A stretch of 55,936 bases of DNA from Catajapyx aquilonaris. Lineage: Eukaryota. Below are positions 24,701 through 39,700 of the stretch, piece by piece (the first letter of the stretch is position 1; every line of letters starts with the position of its first letter). The stretch is from NCBI GenBank assembly GCA_000934665.2, contig KZ538651.1, positions 1 to 55,936 on the forward strand, written 5' to 3'. A model generated the notes under the pieces. It saw only the letters and a list, made by a program, of their open reading frames with translations. It ran no database searches and was not told the origin of the DNA. Both the position numbers and the translations under genes were made by a program.

Positions 24701-27700
24701 CAAAGTCGAGGGGGTACGCACTCGACTGTAAAGTGTACACCGGAGTACCAAGGAGTACCTGGGGGTTCCTGGGAGTACCAAGGAGTACCAAGGAGTACCA
24801 AAGAGTACCAAAGAGTACCTAAGGAGTACCAAGGAGTACCAAAGAGTACCAAAGAGTACCTAAGGAGTACCGAAGAGTAGCAAAGAGTACCACTGCAGGT
24901 GTACAGTCGGTTAAAGGAGTATGTTACCAGACCCCTAACCTAGAAATTAGCCTCCAACAAAGGTGCTGCCCAGGGGAGTGAGATTTATTGTATCAGGGGG
25001 AAGCAGCACCTCTGTTCTTCCCCCTGATACAATAAATCTCACTCCCCTGGGCAGCACCTCTGTTGGAGGCTAATTTCTAGGTTAGGGGTCTGGTAACATA
25101 CTCCTTTAGCCGACTGATACACCGGAGTACCAAAGAGTACCACTGCAGGTGTACACCGGAGTACCGAAGTGAGTACCCCTTTGAACAAAGCTTTGTTTCA
25201 TCCTGGCATGATGCAACCCAACACTTTGTACTGTAAGTATGGAAAACACATGAAGATCTCAAATGTACATATCTGTGAAACTCATTTGTGTCCCACCCTA
25301 TACTGACAGATAACAAACAACCTTTTGTAACATATGAGAATCCAGGGCTGGAATTAAATTTAGAAGAGAAATCCTTTTCGGAAGAACAAATCTAATTCCC
25401 CATCCGCTAAAGCGTCCCCAATTTGCAAATAATTGTCAGACGGCAAGAGATAAAACAATTTGGTTGGCTAATGTGTTTCCCGTCGTCCCATAGGGAGCTA
25501 GTGATTACGGGTAGTGAGTTACGTGTTTAGAACCATAAATAATTGGTGGTCCCAAAAAATATTTTCCAGGCATTTGCCTAATGTGCGTTTAGTTTTATGG
25601 GCCAAAACGGGGTCCTTTGAAGGTTAAACTGGTCACCTAAATTCAGTTGACATAGGGCAGGTTCATTATATGGATATTAGTATAATTTTGAGATTAAGCC
25701 GGTAGATGATGCTGCCATCTACTGTTAAGCTTTTTCCAATATACATCTTAAATGTTGCGATTGGTTGAACAAACATATTTATTGCCTGCGTGTTCGACCA
25801 ACTAGAACTTCGTCGATGATAAAACCCTCTATAAAACCCATATTCAACAGGTTGTTACAATTTTTTTTTTTGTATGTGGCTGTTCCTCAGGGCTTTATTT
25901 TCTCGCTCGAAGCGAAGCTTGAAATCGCATGCTAAAAACGTGGCCGCGCTGAATATGAAATGATATTGACGGAGGCTTAAAACCGGGCCTCGGTTTTTGA
26001 GGACATTCTTGAACCAAATTCCGATAAGAGGAAGAAGACTGCAAGTAAATTGCTATTTTCAAAGTGGGAAATGTTACCAGCAAACTTTTAAAGCCTAAAC
26101 GAGCAATAGTGCCATCCACCAGAGGCGCTGGTTTCTCCCATTGCGCAGGCGCAGAACGAGGACCAATCCTACGCATTTTTTCGCTTAAAAGCGACAATTG
26201 TAAAATATTATAGACTACAGTTTATTAGGACTTGTAATGTTGATATTGATGTAGATGGCAGCACCTCCGTGTAACACTACACCATTCATTAATCAAGAAA
26301 GCTGATGCGACATAATGTGCTGGTAGGCTGACAGTAAACATTGCCCTAATTACCTATTGTTACCAGCAAAGTAGAAGACAACATGAGAAATTACTGGCAT
26401 GTAATCACGACTTACCTAATTAGCCTGGGACGGACACCCAACTAAAAGTTAGACCCCAAAACCACTTTGAGACCCACCTTTCTGAACTTTGATATCCAGG
26501 GTCGTACACTCTGTATATACCGGTATTCCTGGAAAACTAGTTGGTGGAATGAACCCGAGCGTACCTTAACAACAAGGTTCAACCAAACGTAAATTGTCGG
26601 ATTTTCCTTCCAGCATCGATGAATTATCACACTCAACTTACACCTAATTAAGGATCCAGCCATATTGATTACATAGCTCGTAGACAGGAGTTTCGATGCA
26701 CTAGTTTGTAACCAGTTTTTTTTTCCGTCGGTTGTTGACGTGAACCAGGTTCGTGTTGAAGTCATCAATCTCTTGTAGGTTCGATCCATTGCTATTGTTA
26801 CAGGTCTTCATTTTTCTTCTGGGTGTCATTATGGTATGAGAAATGGATTGAATATTTGTGATTATTTTCGCAATGATTATATCAATAGGAAAACTATTCC
26901 TGATTTTTTTTCATATTTAATGTTCCCGTAAAGCTGGACGATATCGAATTGGTCTAAATATTTTTTATGATTATTTTTTTTCTAATCAATCTGATTTGTA
27001 CACTTTAATAATCCGAGTAAGCGGACGATGGAGAGTAGTGATATCGATTTACAGCAATATTTGTGGGGGTAAAAATATGGCGAAAATCTGCCAAAATTTA
27101 GATACCTTTCAAGTGCCAGAATGATTTTTGAAAAGCTTGCAGTGCAAAAATTAATTACTCGTATCAGATATCATTTGCGAGTATGAATGCCTGCAGGTGA
27201 CTGGCGAAGAGAAAAAGGTCATGGTTCAAAGTCTAATTAGCGTGTAAGCAACAAACAGTCGCTAAATCACTTCATTGACTACGAAAAAGCTCTTTGAACG
27301 TTTGTCAAAACTAGTTGAAGCTCACGGAAACTGCAACTAGATATGAAAGGCCTAATAGACCTAATAGAGCTATACAATTTACTAAAACAACTTTGTGTTT
27401 GCGACCGGCATCATTTTTTTGGACAGAGCTACAGTGCTGCCGCCGTCGGTTGAACTGATAATCACACCAAAATAGCATGAAAATTAAATTAATTTCATTT
27501 CATAATTTTTAAACTAATTTTATAGGAAAACGCTCGCTCCGCTCGCATTTTCCTAGGGCGCGGGCCTGGAAAGCCACTCGCTTCGCTCGCTCTCTTCTAG
27601 GCTAAGGCCTGAGGTACCTATTCGGCGCACCATATCGCCGGGGAATGGACAGTTTCCCCGGCAACCCAACAGGAGTTGTTTACACCCCATTGCGCATGAG

Positions 27701-30700
27701 TAGAACGCGGGCCAATGGGGAGGTGGCGGACCAATCAGAGGGCTCGGCCAACTCCCGCAAGGATTTTAATATTATAGATTTCAATATTGACCTAGCACAG
27801 TAACTAAAATATCTGGGTTACATCAACAATGACGGTTCCTACACACACACTTTACATATCAGATTATGTACCTGTACCTGTTGAGATACAAAATACGTAC
27901 AGTTCGTACAACACGATTACTGACCGTTGCATAAATATTATTACAAGATTCCATTACATACTGTATACGTAAAGTGCTTGGTCAGGAGCTGCTGCATAAT
28001 ATATTTTGCTTGGAGGACACCATGCATTAGATTGCCTCTAGTACTTTGTCAGTGGCTCGTGACGCTACAGGGTGTATCATCTGATCGCATGTCTCATCCC
28101 ATCTAGAAGCACTTTATCAGCTAGGAAACTTTAAACGGACATAGCTGACTGCCTGCACCAGATGACTCTGCTGTCACTAGCAGGCCTGTTTCGAACAAAA
28201 ATTGAAGGCCCTTCAAGCTCCTCCCTTAAAACCGATGTTATATTACTGGTTTTTGTGTCAAGTGTTTCACATTTTGGTTCTGTTGCAGGAATGGCACGAT
28301 GAGTTGCTGACTTGGAACCCGCCAGATTTTGGTGACCTCAAGACTATTCGGCTACCCTGCGAACGACTATGGCTGCCAGATATAGTCCTTTACAATAAGT
28401 GAGTATCATATGTTACAGAAGAGCATTTTTTTTGAAAGGGTCTTTTTCAGGAAATATAAGAGCTCTTAGGATCCACTGCTCTGGAAAAAACCAATTCCAG
28501 AATCTCATTCTCCCGGGTGTGGACTTGGTCATTGCAACTGACCAACTCCAAAAAAAGGGCTAGCCAATAGTTATAGTTTCATCAAAATTCTACCCGCTGT
28601 TTTGTATCACATGGGGGAAAAAATAGTTTGGCTCTTTCGAAGCGTGAGGGGGACTTAACACCCGAGAGAAAATAAGTTTGTGTATTTACAACCCTGTTAC
28701 TGTAAGGAGATGGTCTTAAAGGAGTGTCTGGGCGTAAGCTTGTCACGTTTTTTTAAAACCCCGGTTTTAGAGCGGGGCCTGTAATGAAAGAGGAAGGACC
28801 GAGATTGGCTGGTTGGAAATGCAGAGGATTTACATAGATTATTGTGGTACAGTATATGGAACGTTAATAAATTTTTAAAGGTTATCCTGAATCCAATTCG
28901 TCCATGGAAATCGCTATTAAATTTTTATTATGAACATTAGTACTATAGCTGTTTTGTGCAAGATCTGAAAGAAGTTGGGAAGGAAATCAGTAGATGGCGC
29001 ACGGTTTTACTTTTCGAAATTTTGAGACACCCTTTGCCCCCTTTGGGATATCCTCCTCGGAGAGAGGNCGTGGGGCTCCGCCGTAATCCATCAGGTTACA
29101 AAACATCCACCAGTGACGTCACCGCTAGGAATGAGCGACATTCAGACGCACCCTATGACATTTAGTACAACATGAAGGATGGGATGGGGGGGATGTGGGG
29201 GTTGAGCGTGGTGCGGACGGGAGTGGAGTTGAGGGGTGGGGGCAGTGGGTGGCTGAGGCGACTGCAGCTCTACCCTGTCGGGTAGGTGGGGAAACGATTC
29301 AGGGGGGTTTACGGAATCCGTATTTTGGGCATATTTCGAAAACGGCTGGGAAATTAGCAATTATGAGGTTTTTTGTCTACACTAATTCGGTTGTCATAAT
29401 TCGAACGGTACTACTCCCAGTCCTCTGCGACGTCGGGAAGTGCGAAATATTTTCCATCCTCCTATATAATCCTATATCCTCCTCATTTATGGGCTTTACA
29501 TACATGGATATGCTTGATATTTTAACTACGTATGCATAGTTCCAAGGCGTGATTTGTCACGCCAAAACAAAGACTCCGTGCTGATGCAAAAGCAGACATG
29601 ACTTGTCAGTTTATAGACCGTCTATGGGTGAGATGGCCCTTGAGAAAGTTGCACTGACAGTTATCTTGCGTGCAAACACTGCGGTATTGACTTTAGTTGG
29701 CGGCGTCCTGCGGCTTTGCTTACGGGCAATTCCCATCCCTTGCTTCTGCTTGCTTCAACCTGCTTTGTTTCCCTATGCCTCACTTGCCTAGCCCTGTTTC
29801 TTTGTCACCTTGCATAATGCCAGTGCTCCTTAGGAAGCATCTTTTGTCGTTTCACTTTTGTCGAGTGTTCTTCTTCACAAAGGACCACTCGACAGTGCCA
29901 AAAAGGCGATTTGTAACTGTCATCTTTTTTAAAGATACATAGAATCAAGTCTGAACATGTCTGAGCATGTTGAGTCTTGAACCACACGCCAGATGTTTCC
30001 TAGTTTCAATTTTGCCCAGGGTTTTAGATCTCTTGCTTCATGCAAATGGGATTATGGTGGGAGGGGTTAGCCTGCGAAGTAGTTTCGTATGAACTTGATA
30101 TAAATCTGCAGCAAAGAGAAACCGCTGCATGAATGATGCAGAAGCGAGGATCACCTCTGGACATATCAGTATTCATCATATGCTGGAGCATTTACAAACT
30201 CATAAAGCAAACTTTTGAGTTATTTTAGGGTCATAGTCGGTCATAGTGGCTGTTAATTAAGGAGGGGCGCAACAAGATGGCTCTGCAGCCATCTGGCGAA
30301 GTGAGCCTACCAACCGTTTGTAACGGTCAGTTAAGGTGACACCATGCTTGTTTTTGCGTACGGTACCATCTTAATCGCGTGCTCTGGTGTACTTACCTGG
30401 AAGGTGGCGTGTTTTTGGCAAGTTTGCAAGCGTACCATAGAAAGTGGCTTCCCTTTTGCAGCCGACAATCTAATAAAACCCGGCGGAAGTGATGCTGGGA
30501 GGCTCCCAAAAGCACAAACTGATTTGGTCCTTAACCCAATTTGCACCCCGACCAAGTGTATACTTTCCCCAGATGTCCGTGACGTGGACACACTCTCCTG
30601 ATTTTCTAGAGAGCAAGATGCAAATAGGCGTGGGCCAAACAGAGGAAAGCAAGAATGACATCAGGGATTGCGGATTCCCTTTACGGCCGGTTCTTAAGGA

Positions 30701-33700
30701 GCATTGTTGGAAAGTTAGGTGATTACATGGAATAGGAGGAGTTACAATAATTAATGGATAATGCAAAGTTTTCAAAAATTATTATGCATAGCTTGTTGGT
30801 TGGGTTGCATCGTGCCAGGATGAAACAAAGCGCAGGGATGTTTATCGCAGATATGCCTAACAATGTTATTAATTACCTATTGTTAAAAAGAATTAGTATC
30901 ATTAGTGACTAGTGGCATTAGCTGCGACATACAGAAAAATCGATAAATAAATCAACTAATTGAAGGATATCTGCTTTCGTGCTATACCGCTAGTATCATG
31001 ATATTGTGTATAATCGGGTATTGCCCAATTAAATTGCAGAAATGCAGTCGTAAAAACCGAAATCGCCGTATCTTATCAACAGTTGAAGGTCGAATGCACC
31101 ATATGAAATAGAATCATATGATAGCTTATCCGGGACTTAGCTAGGTGTACATTCCATTTAATTATGATGCATCGTACTTAATGATGCTATTAGTTTTTAC
31201 ATTAATTGGCAGTTTTTGTTTGCATGACTTACTGCTATAAATGTGTCAAATATGTCGATGCTACCGTTCATTGTTTATATTCCCTGTTGTTTATTGTTCG
31301 TTGATGAACTAGTACATAAATTATTTTTTTAAACATGGTTCGTGGACAATAGAGATGTTGTACTGGCTTTTTTGTCATTGTTGATATCTCTCCTAACTTT
31401 AAATGGCAGAAACGTTCATGGTTAAAGGTTAAAAGGTTAAAAGGTAAGGGGTTTAAAGGTAAAAAAACGGGGACCTGAAAGTGTAGATCTATCTCTTTAA
31501 TGCTGTGTCCTAATGGTATACACTTTGTCTCGAGGGCAGTACAGGTCGTATCAGTCACAATGTTACTATACAGGGTACATAGACCTATATTCGCATAGTA
31601 TAGTAACAATCCTGAAGGATCTACGAACAAAATCAATAAGTCAAACCTAGGACTTTTGTCATTTTCAAAGCGAATTTCAGCTCACTCTATGGATGCGAGA
31701 AAACTTACGACAGGGTCCGGTAGTAAATCCCTGAGATTGCCATTATAACTTTCGTTTCTTAGCGACCACGAACAAAGCGAGTGACCTCAAACTTCTTTCC
31801 CCCCCTCGAAAAAGTCACCTCCAGGAAATAACATCGCTTTCTTTCAGGTGATAACCACAAAAGGAGAAGGATGAGAGTGTGACCAAAAACAAGGTCTTGG
31901 GTAGACCTTTTGTGTGTTTGAGATTGATGAAGATTGAGAGACCTTTTTGGATTTCCCTTCTTCTTCTTTTTTTTTCTTTAAGTCTTCTTCTTCTTCACAC
32001 ACCACTTAAGTAATCCATCTCGCTTCTTTTCATCAAGATTGATCAAAAGGGAGTCTCTGGCAGTATTCAGCATTTCAAATCCATCAGGTCATCAACAAGC
32101 GCTTGGTTATACAGAAAGATGGAGATCGCTTCGAGTTTTTTCCTATCGACTTTCTTTTCGGTCCACATAATCCAGATGCAATTTTCCCTTCACAATATTT
32201 CTACAGTTTTTTTTTCATTTTTCGGGTCCGACCCGGTCCGACCTAAGGCTAAAGTTGGACCTACCGTTTAAAGTTGAGTTACATCAGATATCGGTTAGGC
32301 CGTAACAGCAACGTAATTTGAGCCAGTCCGGAAATCACGCCTGGAATATGAATAGACCTTTGAACGTGACCTGAATAAAATGCTTCATATAACTGAAAAG
32401 TCTGGGAAGAATATGGTCATGGAAGATACGCCACTAGGTAGAAGATACGAGCAAACTGTGCCTCATATAAACCCTGATTTGTGGGCCTCACATACGCTCC
32501 TGGCACGACCAATTCACGCTCGAGAAGGTAGATGAAGGGGGTCGAAGCGTGTTCATTCTCCATCCATGCGGCAAGTTTACAAGTCGTCTAATTGCATCAA
32601 TCAACGTCCAAAACCTGGTCATTACGCGCTAAAATGGACGGGTCGCTTTCCAAAGTTTGTTCACACCGTCAGCAGGAGGCGTTGAGAACATAGATTGTTG
32701 GGAGACCCAATCTTCATTATGGGTACAGAGCAATAAAGCGTACCTGACATCGCATCTTAGCAACGGCTGATGATCGTGGGAAGCAATCGCTGCCGGATAT
32801 TGGACAAGTTTTTTGAATTGACGTCATACTCGCTTTGTTTCGGTGTAGGCAGCGATTTAAAGCATCTTGCTGGATAGAGCATGAATTGTTTAAGCTTTTA
32901 GTGAATTATTTAAAAATTTAGTGGATACCCAAATGGCTGAAAAATAGGCCTAAAATGTTCAATAATTTTTATTAGTGGCGGGAACACTATCTAAAGAGAA
33001 GACAGCGGCATGGAGGGCTTCTATAAACTCTTATTAATATTCTACAACCAAATTTTAACTTAATTGGACGATATTTGCTTCACAATTAAATTAAGCATTT
33101 AACGGTGCATTGCCTTGCCCCTGTTAGGCAGGCCACCCATGCGCCGCGTGGCTGGTGGAGCCTAGCGGACCCCTTGCGACAGCGACACCTGGATATTTTC
33201 ACTCTAATACTTCTTGTGTATGTTTTTAAAACCATATTTTAACCATATAAAATTTATTCCAGTGCCGATGACTACACTCGAGGCTACATGAACAGCAAAG
33301 CTATGGTTGGACATGACGGTAATGTGTTTTGGCCTCCACCGACCAAATTCCGAAGCACATGTCCAGTAGACGTCACCTACTTCCCATTTGACGACCAGAA
33401 ATGCGTCCTAAAGCTGGGCTCATGGACTTACGACGGGTTTCAGGTTAGTATACCACCCGGTACCTGATTGGTGTAGGGCAAGTGGAAGGAAAATGAATCC
33501 CAGAGTTCCTTCCTTAGCAGCTGCCGTCAATTCTAATGGTCATCGCTTTGGAAAGTGGGAGTTCCAAATGTGATTCGAGGGGAAAAGCCTTTGGCAGGTT
33601 TGAGGATAATACCAGGAAGTGCCTGCTGCTCGCCCCCAAAAACCTGTCCTAAGTGGGAACAGGTCTGGACCACCTCACCTGAAAAGAGATTCTGAAAGGG

Positions 33701-36700
33701 GCCTAGGGAAGGGGCAGGAAAAACAATAAAGCATTTCAGGGAAGTGCTTTTGGAAATTGCGTTTTTTGGAAATTCAGGCTGTCAGATTGGTTCGTAAAAG
33801 TGACGGTACATGTACTGTATGAGTATGAGCCGGATTTAGGCTCCAGAATGTGTGGTTTTATGTATTTTTTAAAGCTACAGCATCAGTTATGCTTTAGTCT
33901 ATTGTATTTAGAGAGAGGCTTTGCTCGGCGGTAAGGCTTCGTCACCCCACACCCTGGGGCTTCGCCCCCTTCGCGCGCCTTGGGCGCTTGGCATCCCCTC
34001 CGCAACCGACCCAACATGTTAGTGGAGGAGCTGCTGGTACACTATGTTTTTGACATAGCTTTATTAGACCTAGCCTCGTCTCCGGCTGTCCCACGACTGT
34101 TTACAAACCATGGAAACCTCCCAGATCCCACCACCAGACAACCCCCGCCATCTAGTGCCATCATGCTTTACGATGAAGTATTTTTTTGGTTACCGTAAAC
34201 TCCAAAAAACCTTTGGCCTGGTACCAGACTAAAAGTTTACAAGTGTTTCTGACGCATGGTTAACCTCGCCAGGGGGCCAACCGCAAGGACATAAACCATC
34301 GTAACGTTCCACATTAATCCACAAAAATCCTCAAAAAAACAAAGAAGCATGATTACAACCCCGTAGATTTTAAGCACGTTCATTTTATAGCCATTTTCAA
34401 AGTGATCTCTTGCGGTTGTTTCCACCAGCAACTGTGCTAGTGTCTAGAAACCGCATCTAATGCACAGATTCTTTCAAGTAATGGGCTCCAGTTTCATTAT
34501 GCACTTTATATCCTGTTGTATAATTAATTGGGTTTTGCTTACGCAAGCGGAAAATGGCTCCTAATTTTATAGACTGTTCTTTATTGGAGACATTAACTTA
34601 TTCTTGAAAATACTTGGCAGCTACTTTCATACTTTTGATAAATAAATAAATAAATAAAGACTAGTTATGTAGGCAGAAAGAGAGTTAAATTTGTTTTTGG
34701 GAGTAACTTTCTGAATGATACGAGCTCATTTCATGGGGAATGGAGCTCCGCAGGGCACTTTGGCCTCTTGCGAGCGCAACCTAACAAAATTAGGCTCTCA
34801 GCAAATGAATGTGCACAGCGCAAGAGCCATTAGCATCCGTCTGATGCTAGTCATTTACAGAATGTCTCAGTATATACCAGATGCAAACAGGAAGACAACA
34901 GTGAGGAAGGTGGTAACTGAGGAAGGTAGTAACTGGAGGGTGGTAAGGATGGTAACTGAGGAAGATGGTATCATTGGGCATGTATACTGTGACGACCCCG
35001 AGTTCGCCCCGGGGCCAACCCCGTGCTAGTTCTACCAAGAGGGTTCCATGGACACTGGTTTATTTGACCTTCCAGGTCACCACTTTTACTAACTCCACTC
35101 CACTCTGGTTACCTACTGACTCTCCCCTGGCCAAAGCCAGGAAAGCAGTGCGCATGCCCAGCCCACATCATATGACCGGAAGGGGGTGGGCTCTCACTAG
35201 GGCTGTGCGATATTTCGATACATCGACTGTCGATACGATATTTTCCTAATATCGAAGTTGCGATATCCGACTCTTGGCATGTGCAATGTATCGAATATCG
35301 ACTTCGATTCGATATGTTTTAAGTATCGAAAGTCGATGTGCAATTTCGGATATCGCACAGCCCTAGCTCTCACAATACCCGTGTATACCAGGTCATCGCT
35401 GTAACGGACAAACAAATTTCCAAAAATCCCCCAAAAAATGACAGGATTAACAAAGTCGTTAACTCCATGTTTAAAACCGCTTAATTAAACCAACTAGACC
35501 AGGCTTGTAATTAATCCTTGCATCAAAATTGTTTTAAAAGCAGTTCGGAGGCGATTACCCGCACCGATGCTCCGTAGGGCAATAACGGTGCTTCATACAT
35601 TATTACGTGCCACTCCACCGTACATCGTTTCGAATAATCTGAAAAAGCAATATTCCGGAGCCAAAAACCTAGATTGTAAGAACAGGGGCTTAGTACTAAA
35701 GGTTTTGGCAACATTGCTTATATTCACATAGTTGCCATTTTGGATTTTGTGGACAAAAGCCTGGATTTTCTTTGTAAAGAGAAGAGCTCCTTTGTTGATC
35801 GGACCGATCAAGAGGCGAGATCGGGTTGAAAACCTAGCCTAATGGTTCGGTAATAAGGATGATCGATGGGGTGACGAGGAGACAAAGGGAAAAGTTACAA
35901 TCTGTTTAGAGGGGGTACCTCAGTGGCAATTGATTTTCGGTTTGCTGGGGATCCGGATTGGTCAATTAGAGGATGCGGTCAGTTACCACTAGAGGGGGAC
36001 TTTGATCCCACAAACTCGTGTGACGTCGAGATATGCTACGGCGCAATTTTTCGTTCGTGGGTGAAATATCGCAAGGGTTTAACGGCTTTGCGGTGTCCAA
36101 ACGCTTTCAAGCAGATTCATCACTGTAAGACTTTTACGGTGTTATTTTCGTCTAGTTCATAGTAGGGTTCTGGTGAAAACCAGGTGGTGTGTACAGTACC
36201 ATGCTGTCCTGAGCGGTCCAGTACGTGATGGAACGAATATAAGCAAATCGTAGATGGTCTTCGCAACCGGCCCATAGGTTTGTGTATCCGCTGAAGATAA
36301 GGCTGTATCCGCAAGGAAGGAAGGATCGGTTAGGTTTTTTTTGTTACCCCGTGATAGAGCTCGTGGCTCTCTTAGGGGGGAAGGGGAAGTTCCCATGGGA
36401 GGATGACGTGCGATAGCCATTTCTGACATTCTTTAACACCAGGCCTTTTCTCCTGGCCCCGAGCAGAGAAGGGAGTGCAATTCTGCTCCGGAATGTCGGG
36501 AGAAAATAGAAAAAGACCCTGCCAAGCAGAGGTGACGGGGACGGCATTTGAACCCCGACCTCCTGCTTGGCTGGCCAGCGGCATAACCGATAGACCACCA
36601 TGCCGCTCTAGGATAGGTTAGGTTATGTTAGGTTAGGTTAGATTAATTTAGGGCCGGTTGTGGGGACCACCTACCATTTGCTTATATGCTGCCGGAACAT

Positions 36701-39700
36701 GCCTGAACCTGCCAGATCTTGCCTGAACGTGACATAACCTGCTCGGACGTGCCTGAACGTGCCTGATCCTGTTTGATTCTGCCCGATCCTGCCAGAACAC
36801 GCCTGGGCGTGTCAGAACCTGTCCGATTCTGCAGGAACATGCCTGATCCTGCCTGAACACGCTAATACGTGCCTGATCCTATCGGATTCTGCCCGATCCA
36901 GCCAGAACATGCCTCAACCTGGCCGAACAAGCCCGGACGTGCTCGGACGTGCTAGAACCTTTCCGATTCTGCCCGAACATGCACGATACTGCCTGAACAC
37001 GCCCATACGTGCCTGAACGTGCCTCATCCTGTATCTGATTCTATCTGATTCGGCCCGATCCAGTGCGATCCAGCCAGAACATGCCTCAACCTGTCCGAAC
37101 ACGCCCGAACAAGCCCGAACATGCCCGAACATGCCCGAATATGCCCGAACACGCCCAATTATCCTCCCACTGCTTCACAGTATATCTGAAGACATCTAGC
37201 TAGAAGCTCTTGACAGGCCATATATCCCATCCAATAGGCTCAGTAACGATTCGGACCCGTGGGAACACCATACTCTCCCTTTTCACCACACTTCCAAACA
37301 TCGATATCTCTTTGGGGCTACTTTATATCCCAAGGACGAAAAGAGAGAGAGAGGGGAACAAATCCTCTCTTGAGAAGAGAGTGTTTATGTGAAAGGCCAT
37401 TTGGCAACCAAACGGGCATCCAGAGGATAAAACCAGTCTCATATATTTCTTTTTCATTTCATTCCTAGCAGGGCCTGGGTTTTTGGAATTCGCATCAATT
37501 GAGGATATAAAATGTGCTGGTTTCAAAAGAATTTTTTTAGGGGGGGTGGAAAGCCACAGTTGGCCTTACAGCAACAATAATTCCAGTATTTTTTTCCCAT
37601 TCCTAAATTTAATTACAGACTTCACCATTGTTGTCGTTGGGCTGCCAGCTTTTTGTATATTGGATTACCTTATAACAACGTGATAAGAATCGAATGCACC
37701 CGAGTTACGAAGCTCAAATTGGCATTCATATTACGTGTCCGAATGTCTCCCCCCCTCCCCGCTTTTCCCCCTTCATTCCCTTCCCTCCCCACAAAATGCG
37801 ACGATGCAATCTAAGCGAGAAAATGAATAACCGCCTAGCTAGGGGAAGGGGGATGAAGAGAATAAATTTATTCCGGATGATCGGTATGCGGGACCCGATT
37901 TTCCCGGGGATTTCACCTCGATCGGCCCTGAAGACACAATGCTGCTGACTCCACCCAAAGTTATGCTCTATCATTTACTATGGAGACAAAGAGATAGTTT
38001 TATTCTATTCTCATCTTCATCCAATATCGCTTTACTGTCCCTGTCACACAATAGGGGAGACCTAGACCATGTTGTAAAAATATCGATAAATCGATACTGC
38101 ATCCTGGAAAATGCGTGATCCTAACCGAACCTACACAAATCACGCATGGTGAACCTCCTTATCCTTATGATGGGCACAGTGACGTAGCCAGGATTCCAGT
38201 TGGGGGGGGGGGGGNNNNNNNNNNNNNNNNNNNNNNNNNNNNNNNNNNNNNNNNNNNNNNNNNNNNNNNNNNNNNNNNNNNNNNNNNNNNNNNNNNNNNN
38301 NNNNNNNNNNNNNNNNNNNNNNNNNNNNNNNNNNNNNGGGGGGTGGCTACGTCTGATACACAATAGGGAGGTTCAGTTTCAAATTACGATTGTATAATGA
38401 TAAAAATACGATTGTATAACAATAAAGCACCGATACGACACCTTGTAAATTCTCCTGATCCTAACCGAACCTATACTATACTTAAATCACGCATGGTGAA
38501 TCTCCTTAATTCATATGGTGGTCATCTGTACTAGACTACTAGAGACTAAACAAATCACGCTTGGTGGATCTTCTTATTCATATGATGGACTTCTGTTACA
38601 CAATAAGGAGGTTCAGCTTCAAAAAAATGACGATAAAGCGTGTGATACTACATCCTGTAAAATCTCCTGATTCTAACCGCCCCTAACAGCAGGGGCGGAT
38701 CCAGGGGGGGGGAGTCACGGGGGTCATGAACCCCCCCCCCCCAAACCGTGGGAAGTGAAATATTTTCTAAATTTTAATCTGCAAATTATGATGATTTTTT
38801 TTGGAAAAAGTGCTAACAATTTCATCAAATACTAGATAAAAGAATTGCAGGTGTAATTAGCTAAAAGGCCTTACCACCTGTACACACCCATTCAAATCTC
38901 CCACATTCACCTAAGCTCGTGTGACCTTGAATCCTCAAAAAAAAATTCGCCTGCGGCGCGCTTGCTGCCCGNNNNNNNNNNNNNNNNNNNNNNNNNNNNN
39001 NNNNNNNNNNNNNNNNNNNNNNNNNNNNNNNNNCCCCCCCCCCCCAATCGAAAGTCTGGATAGGCATATTTTACACAATAGGAAGGTTCAGCTTCAAAAT
39101 ATAACAATACAGCAGTGATACTGCATCATGTAAAATCTCCTGATTCTAACCGAACCTAACCGTCAAGTCACCCCCGGTGCATCTCCTGATCTACATGATG
39201 GGCATTAAATCTAGGTAAATTGCATGTTGATTTGACTGTCCGGATACAGCCATTCATCACGTCGAGTTTGTAATGCAGGACTGGAAGAGACGCCATTTTT
39301 CATCCAGTTTTTATTAGTCTTTTTTGAAAAGGAGGTTCACACTACTGCAAACCGGAGATTGATCATCGGAATTTACAAGACTGGAACCTGATGGGATATA
39401 GTTCTCGAATGTTGAGCGGTTGGAGGGTGAGAGACATGGTGCCATTATGAAGATTGGTGCAGTGTCATTGGATGGTACTGCAGTGCAGAGATAGTCATTA
39501 AATGTCCAAAAGCTAGTAAAATATTCCTTATCTCTTACTGACATCATGAGAATATATTTTTTTCTAAAAATATATTATAATTAACAATAGCTTTTTTTTG
39601 GTAACGAAACTCTAACCGCCAGCTTCCTGTCTACATCTCACGTTACATGCCGCCTTAGGTTAGTTAATTAGCAGAGCTCTGGTTGTAATTATCTGAGCAA

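Noticed and set aside
36648..37132. Repetitive Arg/Gly-rich ORFs
   Set aside because: Translations of a 10-bp tandem array.
38215..39033. ORFs spanning N runs
   Set aside because: Artefacts of assembly gaps beside G/C homopolymers.
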